From positions 14,969-78,968 of the forward strand of contig CAZQVG010000001.1 of assembly GCA_964596705.1 (NCBI GenBank): DNA of 64,000 nt, written 5' to 3'. The notes beneath the pieces were generated by a model. That model saw only the letters and a list, made by a program, of their open reading frames with translations, was not told the DNA's origin and searched no databases. Positions 40,007 to 48,260 of the stretch are shown in pieces. Made by a program: the position numbers and the translations under genes. Origin of the DNA: Candidatus Woesearchaeota archaeon. GTDB lineage: Archaea; Nanobdellota; Nanobdellia; SCGC-AAA011-G17; PNOQ01. Each line of letters starts with the position of its first letter. The stretch's first letter is position 1.

Positions 40007-40945
40007 ATGTGGATCGAAAAATATAGGCCAAAGACTTTTTCTGAGATGAAAGGGCAAGAAAAGATAGTTGCTAGAATTAAAGCTTTTGTTGAATCCAAAG
40101 AGTTGCCTCATTTGTTATTTTCTGGTCCTGCTGGAGTTGGAAAAACAACTTTATCTTTAATTATTGCAAGGGAGTTATTCGGGGATGATTGGCAACATAA
40201 CTTCTTAGAATTAAATGCTTCTGATGAAAGGGGAATTGATGTCATACGGAATAAGGTAAAGGATTTTGCAAGAACAAGATCAATAAGGGATGTTCCGTTT
40301 AAGGTAATTTATCTTGATGAATGTGATTCTTTAACTACTGAAGCTCAGCAAGCACTAAGAAGAACAATGGAAAATTATTCGAATACTTGTAGATTTATTT
40401 TAAGTTGTAATTATTCTAGCAAAATTATAGATCCGATTCAATCAAGATGTACTGTATTTCGGTTTAAACCTTTAGAGTTAGAAGATATAAAAGAAATAAT
40501 ATCCGGGATTGCGGAAAAAGAAGGATTGAATATTGATGAAAATGTAATGAACACAATTTATGAGCTTAGTGGAGGAGATGCGAGAAAGGCAGAGAATATT
40601 TTGCAAAGTTGTTCAATTATCAGTAAAAATATTACAGAAGATTTAGTCTATGAAATAGTTTCTGCTGCAAGACCAAAAGAAATTATGAAGGTTTTAGAGT
40701 TGAGCATGGATGGACAATTTATTCGAGCAAGAGATTTATTATTAGATACTATGTTGAGACATGGTTTATCTGGAATCGATATTATAAAACAAATTCAAAA
40801 AGAAGCATTAAGCCTGGACATAGATGAACTAAAAAAAGCAAAGATTATTGAAAAGTGTGGGGAAATTGAATTTAGGATGGTTGAAGGAAGTGATGAGTTT
40901 GTTCAGTTGGAAGCTTTGATTGCTAGTTTTGTAAATTTAAAATGA
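40007..40945 (+). CDS. rfcS: Replication factor C small subunit
   Basis: WIEKYRP, GPAGVGKT, ELNASDERG, LDECD and SRC motifs. Confidence 0.97.
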   Translation: MWIEKYRPKTFSEMKGQEKIVARIKAFVESKELPHLLFSGPAGVGKTTLSLIIARELFGDDWQHNFLELNASDERGIDVIRNKVKDFARTRSIRDVPFKVIYLDECDSLTTEAQQALRRTMENYSNTCRFILSCNYSSKIIDPIQSRCTVFRFKPLELEDIKEIISGIAEKEGLNIDENVMNTIYELSGGDARKAENILQSCSIISKNITEDLVYEIVSAARPKEIMKVLELSMDGQFIRARDLLLDTMLRHGLSGIDIIKQIQKEALSLDIDELKKAKIIEKCGEIEFRMVEGSDEFVQLEALIASFVNLK

Positions 40946-41352
40946 TAAGAACATTTAATCCTTTAAGATTTGTTGAGGATTTAAGTAAAAGTTTTGGGAC
41001 TTATTTTGTTAGGCTAGGGGAATTTGTGAACGTTAATGGCTCTGGCAAATATTATTATAATGAGGGGAGATTGGTTACCTGTAGGGGATATTTTCCTTTG
41101 GAAAAAGTTGCTTTAAATTATTTAGAGTTAAAAAACTTGGGACATATATTTTTAGAAAAGGGAAGAAAATTCAATAAATCATATAGTTTAGCTGATATTT
41201 TAATTAAAGGAGGAGTTTTAGAAGAGGATTCTCCAATAAGGATGAAGATAGTATATGAAGGAGAAAGATTAAAAGTTAGAGAATGGAAGAAGGTTAATAG
41301 TGTTTGGGTACCAATTAAAACTCGTTTTCCTTGGAGGGAGTATTGGATATGA
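40942..41352 (+). CDS. Hypothetical protein inserted between rfcS and rfcL
   Basis: 136-aa ORF with ATGA overlaps at both ends. Confidence 0.65.
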   Translation: MIRTFNPLRFVEDLSKSFGTYFVRLGEFVNVNGSGKYYYNEGRLVTCRGYFPLEKVALNYLELKNLGHIFLEKGRKFNKSYSLADILIKGGVLEEDSPIRMKIVYEGERLKVREWKKVNSVWVPIKTRFPWREYWI

Positions 41353-42527
41353 TGTGGACAAAGAAGTATGCTCCAAAATCTGTTAAAGAATTAGTTGGAG
41401 ATATTAGATCTATTATGCAATTAGAGGATTTTATTAAAAATTTTAAAAATTTTAAGAAGAATGCAGTTTTAATTTATGGTCCAACAGGAAGTGGAAAAAC
41501 AGAAGCCGCATATGCAATCGCAAAAGAAAATAATTTAGAGGTTTTAGAAATAAATGCAAGCGATTTTAGGAATAAAGAACATATCTTAGAAATTGTTGGA
41601 AAATCAATAAATCAAGCAAGTTTATTTGGTAGAGGAAAATTAATCTTAATAGATGAGATAGATGGATTGAGTGGAACAAAGGATCGAGGAGGTGCACAGG
41701 CAGTTGCTTCTTTAATTGAAAAAACGTCATTCCCCATTGTAATGACTGCAAACGACCCTTGGCAAAGTAAATTGTCAAGTATAAGAAGAAAATCTTTAAT
41801 GATTGAATTTGGCATGTTAAGTTATTTAGACATATTTAAAGTTCTGAAAAGGATAGCCAATTCAGAAGGGATAGATGTGGATGAGAGTATATTGAAAAGT
41901 ATTGCAAACCGTGCAGGAGGGGATGTAAGATCTGCAATAAATGATTTTCAATTAGTTGCATTCAAGAGAAAGATCATACAGAAAGAAGATTTAGATGATC
42001 TAAGTGACAGAGGAAAGGAAGAGGATATTCATACTCTACTCAGGTTAGTCTACAAATCAAAAGATCCTGAATTGATTTTACAAACATTTGATAAAACAAA
42101 TCTGAAATTTGATGAATTGTTTTTATGGATAGAAGAAAATTTGCCTTTGGAGTATAAAGGTGTTGAATTGAGTAAAGCATTTGATAGCCTTTCTAAGTCA
42201 GATATATTTAAAGGAAGGATTATGAGTAGGCAGTATTGGAGGTTTATGGTATATCAAAAATATTTTATGAGTGTTGGAGTGGCAATATCAAAAAGTGAAA
42301 GTAAAAAAGGATTTGTTAAGTATGGTGCGCCTCAAAGAATTTTAAAATTGTGGAAAGCTAAAATGAAATATGCTAAAAAACAAGCAATTTGTGAAAAGAT
42401 TGCAGGAAAATGCCATATATCAAAAAAGAGATCCTTAAAGGAAGTTTTTCCATATTCTCAACTTATTTTGAAGGAAAATGCAGATTATTTGGGTTTAAGT
42501 GAAGAAGAAATTAGTTGGTTAAATTAA
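41349..42527 (+). CDS. rfcL: Replication factor C large subunit
   Basis: WTKKYAP, GPTGSGKT, EINASD, LIDEIDG and GDVRSAIND motifs; likely start MMWTK. Confidence 0.94.
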   Translation: MMWTKKYAPKSVKELVGDIRSIMQLEDFIKNFKNFKKNAVLIYGPTGSGKTEAAYAIAKENNLEVLEINASDFRNKEHILEIVGKSINQASLFGRGKLILIDEIDGLSGTKDRGGAQAVASLIEKTSFPIVMTANDPWQSKLSSIRRKSLMIEFGMLSYLDIFKVLKRIANSEGIDVDESILKSIANRAGGDVRSAINDFQLVAFKRKIIQKEDLDDLSDRGKEEDIHTLLRLVYKSKDPELILQTFDKTNLKFDELFLWIEENLPLEYKGVELSKAFDSLSKSDIFKGRIMSRQYWRFMVYQKYFMSVGVAISKSESKKGFVKYGAPQRILKLWKAKMKYAKKQAICEKIAGKCHISKKRSLKEVFPYSQLILKENADYLGLSEEEISWLN

Positions 42528-43375
42528 GAATTGTAGTTGCCAAAAGCTAATTTTCTTAATTTTTTTACACGTTCTTTTGTGGGGGGATGGGTTGATAAAA
42601 GTTTGAATATCCCCTCTCCTGAAAAAGGATTTATTATAAATAAATTAGCAGTTGCTTGATTTCCATTTTTTAGTTTAGGCGCTGAATCAATTTTAACTAA
42701 TGCATCTGCTAAAGCTTCGGGGTCTTTTATTATTTTAGCCCCTGTTTCATCTGCAATATACTCTCTTGATCTAGAAATTGCTAATCTTAATATTGTTGCA
42801 GAGATTGGTGCAAGAATAGATAACATTAACAATTCCAATACATTAGAGTCATTTTCATCTCTAGATCCACCAAATATCATCGCCCACCTTGCCATCATTG
42901 CAAGGTATGCTATTGCGCTAGCTAAAATTACAGATACTGTAGAGATTAGTAGGTCTTTATTTTTTATGTGGCCGATTTCATGAGCAAGAACTCCTTTTAA
43001 TTCCCTCTCGTCTAACATATCTAGCAAACCTGTTGTAACCGCTATAACTGCTTTATTCTGGTTCCTTCCTGTTGCAAATGCATTTGGATTATTAGAATTA
43101 ATTATGTATATTTTTGGTTTTTTTATTGATGCTCTTGTTGCAATATCCCTTACTAGATTATGCAAGGATTCAAATTGAGTGTGATCTGCAGGTTTTGCAT
43201 TATATAATTTTAAAACCAATTTATCAGAGTACCAGTAGGAAAGAATATTCATTGCAGTAGTTAAAATTAAAGCAATTGTTAATCCTGCTGTACCTCCAAC
43301 GGCAAAACCAGTTATTAATAATATAAATGTAAGTCCTGCTAAAAGTGCAATTGTTTTTAACTGATCGATAAACAT
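42524..43375 (-). CDS. htpX: Zinc metalloprotease HtpX (M48)
   Basis: PNAFATGR, AHEIGH, ISRSREY.AD and STHPP motifs. Confidence 0.95.
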   Translation of the reverse strand: MFIDQLKTIALLAGLTFILLITGFAVGGTAGLTIALILTTAMNILSYWYSDKLVLKLYNAKPADHTQFESLHNLVRDIATRASIKKPKIYIINSNNPNAFATGRNQNKAVIAVTTGLLDMLDERELKGVLAHEIGHIKNKDLLISTVSVILASAIAYLAMMARWAMIFGGSRDENDSNVLELLMLSILAPISATILRLAISRSREYIADETGAKIIKDPEALADALVKIDSAPKLKNGNQATANLFIINPFSGEGIFKLLSTHPPTKERVKKLRKLAFGNYNS

Positions 43376-43475
43376 GGTTCTATGTTTGATATTTAAAGGG
43401 TTTATAAGTTTTATTGTGATTGTTTAGAATTTTTTCTTAATTTGCACAACATATATAAATTAAAATCTCTAAAAA

Positions 43476-44822
43476 ATGTTTATGCCTAATAATATTATAA
43501 TTGGTAGATCTGTAAAAGATAAGAAGCAATTTGGGGAAAAAGGAGTTATTTTCTTGGGAAGGCATTATGTAAAAATGGATCAAACTGTTTCTTTGAGTAG
43601 TAATATTTTTATGGATGCAATACGGACTCATGTTGTTTTTGTTGTTGGTAAAAGGGGAACAGGAAAAAGTTATTCTTTGTCTGTTATGGCAGAAGGATTA
43701 AGTTCTTTAGAGGAAGATATATCAAAGAATATTAGTGTATTGATGTTCGATACCATGGGTATATTTTGGACCATGAAGTATCCAAATCAAAAAGATGAAA
43801 AACTTCTAAGATCGTGGGGGATGAAACCTAGAGGAATTGATAAAGTAGAGGTATACGTTCCTGAGGGATATTTTAAAGATTATAAAGAAAAGGGTATCTT
43901 GGTTGATCATGCGTTTACAATAAAAACTGCTGAATTGGATGCTGGAGATTGGGTAAATGTTTTTGGTGTAGATTTGATGCATCCGATTGGAATTGCTATT
44001 GAAAAAGCAATTGGAAATCTAGTTGACGAAAAGGAAGATTATGGGATAGTTGATATAATCAATGAGATAAACTCGGATAAATCAATTGAAAAAGAAGTAA
44101 AAGATGCTGCAATAAATAGGTTTCTTGCTGCTGAATCTTGGGGATTGTTTAGCAAGAACGGAACAGAAATAAAAGAATTAGTAAAGGGGGGCAAAATTAG
44201 TGTTGTTGATATAAGTGCATATAGCCATATGGCAGGGAATTGGGGTATAAAGAATCTTGTTGTAGGAATAATCTGTAAAAAATTATTGCAAGAAAGGATG
44301 ATTGCGAGAAAATTAGAAGAATTAAGGCAAATTGAATCTGGAACTAGTTTATTTGGTTTTGATGATTATGAAAAAACTGAAGATGATATGCCTTTAGTTT
44401 GGATTTTAATTGATGAAGCACATGAATTTTTGCCTAGAGAAGGAAGAACTGGAGCTACAGATGCTTTAGTTCAGTTACTTAGAGAAGGAAGGCAACCCGG
44501 AATTTCATTAGTTTTAGCTAGTCAACAACCAGGAGAAATCCATAGAGATGTAATTACGCAATCAGATATTGTTATTAGCCACAGACTTACTGCAAGAAGA
44601 GATATTGGTGCTTTAAATGATATTATGCAAACGTATATGGCATCAGACATTCAGAGATATTTAAATGATCTCCCAAGAATGAAAGGGTCTGCGATTATAT
44701 TAGACGATAACTCAGAAAAGATATTTCCAGTAAATATTAGGCCCAAGTTTAGTTGGCATGGGGGAGAAGCACCAAGCGCACTGCATTTAAAGGCTAAAGA
44801 ACTGTTAGATCTTGGATTGTAG
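43476..44822 (+). CDS. HerA/FtsK-superfamily ATPase (DUF87-like)
   Basis: Walker A GKRGTGKS, Walker B LIDEAH, REGRQPG and ASQQP motifs. Confidence 0.85.
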   Translation: MFMPNNIIIGRSVKDKKQFGEKGVIFLGRHYVKMDQTVSLSSNIFMDAIRTHVVFVVGKRGTGKSYSLSVMAEGLSSLEEDISKNISVLMFDTMGIFWTMKYPNQKDEKLLRSWGMKPRGIDKVEVYVPEGYFKDYKEKGILVDHAFTIKTAELDAGDWVNVFGVDLMHPIGIAIEKAIGNLVDEKEDYGIVDIINEINSDKSIEKEVKDAAINRFLAAESWGLFSKNGTEIKELVKGGKISVVDISAYSHMAGNWGIKNLVVGIICKKLLQERMIARKLEELRQIESGTSLFGFDDYEKTEDDMPLVWILIDEAHEFLPREGRTGATDALVQLLREGRQPGISLVLASQQPGEIHRDVITQSDIVISHRLTARRDIGALNDIMQTYMASDIQRYLNDLPRMKGSAIILDDNSEKIFPVNIRPKFSWHGGEAPSALHLKAKELLDLGL

Positions 44823-45605
44823 GTCCAAGCAAACCCTAAATGTTCCTGGAGCAGGAGATCCTGCTTTTACTAATTTTACTTTGAATTTGTCTGAATATTT
44901 TTTTATTAGTTTGTCAAAATTTTGTTGTTTTTCAAAAACATAAAGATGGATTGTTCCTTTTGGTTTTAATTTTGTTAATGCTAAGTCTAGAAAATTTTCT
45001 GCAGTTTTAGGTAGAGGCATTATAATTCTGTCAAATTTCTTATTTATTTTTGGAAGAACTTTTTTTACATCTCCTTTAAATAAGTGGATATTGTTTATTT
45101 TGTTTAATTTTATATTTTCCTCGGCATATTTATGGGCAACAGGATTTATCTCAACTGCATAAATCTCCTTTGCCTTAGAATGTTTTGATATTATCAAAGG
45201 AAACGGAGCTACACCTGAGAACATAACTAAAATAGACTCTCCAGGTTTTACTTGTTTGGCAACTCTTAATCTCTCTGTTCCTGTTCGAGGAGAAAAATAT
45301 ACTTTTTCTGGATTTAGTTTTAGTTTTATTCCGCTTTCTTTGTGTGTTGTTTCTTTGTTTTTGTCCCCTGCTAAAATTTTTAGTTTTGGAACCCTATATT
45401 TTCCAGAATAATATTTTGATTTTCTTGTTACTAACCTTATGTTTTTTAATTTATTAAGCATATATTGGCCAACTAATTTTTCTTTTTTCTTTAGTTCTTT
45501 TGGGAAATCTATAAAGATCAAGATATCTCCGATTATATCAAAGGATTTTGGAATTAGTTTTATGTCTTCTTCGGTCAATTCTTTTTGTTTTTTGAATAGG
45601 AACAT
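44805..45605 (-). CDS. Trm5/Taw2-family (Met-10+) SAM-dependent tRNA G37 modification enzyme
   Basis: SFDIIGDI, HKE.G, VYFSPR...ER, MFSGVAPF and FDRIIMPLP motifs. Confidence 0.88.
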   Translation of the reverse strand: MFLFKKQKELTEEDIKLIPKSFDIIGDILIFIDFPKELKKKEKLVGQYMLNKLKNIRLVTRKSKYYSGKYRVPKLKILAGDKNKETTHKESGIKLKLNPEKVYFSPRTGTERLRVAKQVKPGESILVMFSGVAPFPLIISKHSKAKEIYAVEINPVAHKYAEENIKLNKINNIHLFKGDVKKVLPKINKKFDRIIMPLPKTAENFLDLALTKLKPKGTIHLYVFEKQQNFDKLIKKYSDKFKVKLVKAGSPAPGTFRVCLDLQSKI

Positions 45606-45662
45606 TTTGATTTTTTTATAATTCCGATATATTTAAATATTAATATTCTTCTTGTTTTTATA

Positions 45663-46046
45663 ATGTTATTGGATAAAAAGGGTGATTGGGATAATTCGCA
45701 TGGAAGTTGGTGGTATTTTATTGGAGGTTTAATTTTTCTATATATTGGCTTAATGCCTTTTTTTGATATTTTTCCGTTTAGTTTTACAATAGGAGAATCT
45801 TTGTTAAGAGTATTCCTTGCGCTTCTAGGTGTTTTAATTTTAGTTGAATCGTTTACTATGGACCCGATGAATAAGTTTGGCAAAGTTGTGGTGGGATTAA
45901 TCTTTGCAATTGTTGGAGTTTATTCATTTTTATCTTATCAAGGGGTTAGTTGGCTTCCTTTTGAGATGGCTTTAAATAGCATTGTGCTTCAAATACTACT
46001 TATCATATATGCTATTTACTTGTTTATTGGAGCGTGGAGGCAATGA
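45663..46046 (+). CDS. Hypothetical four-TM membrane protein
   Basis: Four hydrophobic segments. Confidence 0.7.
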   Translation: MLLDKKGDWDNSHGSWWYFIGGLIFLYIGLMPFFDIFPFSFTIGESLLRVFLALLGVLILVESFTMDPMNKFGKVVVGLIFAIVGVYSFLSYQGVSWLPFEMALNSIVLQILLIIYAIYLFIGAWRQ

Positions 46047-47203
46047 AAGGCTATAAATTTGGATTATTAATCTTAGGATTATTTAGTTTTTTTTCAAAAT
46101 CTGTTTTTGCTGCCAGTAGTAGATTTGATATTGGTGCAGCTTTAACAAGAGTATTAACAAACAGAATAAGTATTGCTGGTGAACCTGTTGAGTATTGGGT
46201 TGTTTTAGCCACATTTGCTTTTTTGTTTTTCCTTTTGTGGACAGGAGCTATGAGGGTATTTAGTGATAATAAACATGTCCAAATCGCTGTAGCAGCTATA
46301 TTATCTTTAATTATTACATTTACTACTCCTTTTGCAGGATGGTTTATGGGAATTTTAGATGTAAGTGTTATCCTTATTGTTATATTGTTAGTTTTAGCCA
46401 CATTAGCATTATTTTTATGGGGTTTTGGAGGAGTATATCGGGTAGGTGCAAAAGCTTACATCTTTATGTTAAGTACGTCTTCTAATGTAAAGAAGGAAGC
46501 TAGGTTCTTAAAAAAAGAATCAAGAATTTATTCAGAAGAAATTGAAGATCTTAATGACATAATAACAAGGATAAAGAATTTGCCAGACATAGATGATCCC
46601 GCATATGATGCTCAGGCTCAAGAGATAAAAACAGATTTAGATTCTGTTTTGAGTCTTATACGTGATGCGTTATCAATAGACAAAAGGAGATATAACTTAG
46701 AAGACTCTAATGAAGTGGCATTAAGATTAAGAAAATTTGAGCAAAAATTAATTGGGATTATTGAACAAGCAAAATCTGCAGTTACTGGAAAAAGACCGAA
46801 AGACGCAATTAAAAATGTAAAAAAGGCATTAAATCTAATCAAGAATCAATTAAAAGCATTAAAGAAAGCATTGAAATGGGCAAAGAAACATAAGAACATA
46901 GGAGATGAAGAAATAGAAGAGGATATACCTGCTGAGCAAGCAGAGTCCGGAGAAACTTCCCAAGAAGAGGGCATACAACAAGATAAAAACTCCAAAGAGA
47001 TAGAGGCAAAAGAAAAAGAAATTATTGAGCGTTATAAAGAAGAGTACTCTAAAATAATAAATGGTGAAAAAGACGGAAAATATAATTCTCAGCAATCAAT
47101 TGAACTGCAGGAAAATATTTGGAAAGAATTCTTCAGAGAATTAAAAGAATTGGGATATGAAGACGATCAAATAAAAGCCTTGTGGACAAGAGAGATAGCA
47201 TAA
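46043..47203 (+). CDS. Hypothetical membrane protein with C-terminal coiled coil
   Basis: Signal-like N-terminus, about three TM segments, long charged helical tail; ATGA overlap with previous gene. Confidence 0.7.
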   Translation: MKGYKFGLLILGLFSFFSKSVFAASSRFDIGAALTRVLTNRISIAGEPVEYWVVLATFAFLFFLLWTGAMRVFSDNKHVQIAVAAILSLIITFTTPFAGWFMGILDVSVILIVILLVLATLALFLWGFGGVYRVGAKAYIFMLSTSSNVKKEARFLKKESRIYSEEIEDLNDIITRIKNLPDIDDPAYDAQAQEIKTDLDSVLSLIRDALSIDKRRYNLEDSNEVALRLRKFEQKLIGIIEQAKSAVTGKRPKDAIKNVKKALNLIKNQLKALKKALKWAKKHKNIGDEEIEEDIPAEQAESGETSQEEGIQQDKNSKEIEAKEKEIIERYKEEYSKIINGEKDGKYNSQQSIELQENIWKEFFRELKELGYEDDQIKALWTREIA

Positions 47204-47230
47204 ATTAGTCAAAAAGTGACCAAATGTCAA

Positions 47231-48229
47231 TTAAAACCATTTATCTAAATTTTTTTGAGGTTTAGGTTTTAATCTTTCCAATAATTTGTTTATTCTGTCT
47301 TCTGAAAAATCATATTTTTGAAGAAGTTTTTGAATTTTATCAAGATCTGGTTCTTTCCATTTTAGTTGGTAATTCTTCATTATTGGCATACTTTTAAAGG
47401 TGGCATATATTTTTTTCCAATTAAAATCTGCATCCACATTAGCAAATATTTTTTCAAATTCTTTATGCTCCTGTACTAATTTTAAAGCAGTTTTTGGTCC
47501 AACCCTATGAACTCCTCTAGGATTATAATCTGTGCCAACAAGAATAGATAATGCCAATAGTTGATCCTGGTTTATTTTTAATGTTTTGAGTATATGTTTT
47601 AGCTCATATATTTCTGGATTTATTTTAATGTAAGTGTTCTTTACTTTTTTCTTCTGTGAAACAGTTAAGTTACGTATAAGGATTGGAGTAGAATAGAGTA
47701 ATGCATCTATGTCTTGGGACACCACTGCAAAAACGTCTCCTTGTTCTGCCATAAATGCAGCCTGAGCTTCTGCCTCTGAAGGCGCTTGTATAACCGGCAA
47801 TCCTATAGCAGAAATAAACTCTTTTGCTTCTTTTTGCATCTCTTTTGTTAGTTTAATTGTCTGTTTGCTATATTTTGCCATAGATTCTATGTCATGCTCT
47901 TTTTTTGCTTCTTCATACTTTTCTTGTGCTTTTTCTTTTAATTCTCGTCTTCTTTGGGATTCCTGAAATTTTATTGCTGGGGGTTTGCCATCAAAAACAA
48001 ATGCCAACTTTATTCCTTTTTCCATTAAATTTGGAATTCTAGAAGAAATCCCCACTAAATGAGAAGTTATATTTCCGTTATTGTCCATTAAAGGGGTTCC
48101 GTCTTGTTGTCTAATTGATGCTAAAAATTGGTAAAGAACATTAGAAGCATCTACTGCTAATTTTTTTCCTTTTAATTTTTCAAAGGTTATTTCTTTTTTT
48201 GGAAGAATATTTGTTATTGCTACACCCAT
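47231..48229 (-). CDS. fen: Flap endonuclease 1
   Basis: YQFLASIRQ.DG, FVFDG, APSEAEAQ, SQD.D and GTDYN motifs; PIP box QKNLDKWF. Confidence 0.97.
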   Translation of the reverse strand: MGVAITNILPKKEITFEKLKGKKLAVDASNVLYQFLASIRQQDGTPLMDNNGNITSHLVGISSRIPNLMEKGIKLAFVFDGKPPAIKFQESQRRRELKEKAQEKYEEAKKEHDIESMAKYSKQTIKLTKEMQKEAKEFISAIGLPVIQAPSEAEAQAAFMAEQGDVFAVVSQDIDALLYSTPILIRNLTVSQKKKVKNTYIKINPEIYELKHILKTLKINQDQLLALSILVGTDYNPRGVHRVGPKTALKLVQEHKEFEKIFANVDADFNWKKIYATFKSMPIMKNYQLKWKEPDLDKIQKLLQKYDFSEDRINKLLERLKPKPQKNLDKWF

Positions 48230-48260
48230 AAAATTGATTTAGAAAAGAATTATATAAAAG

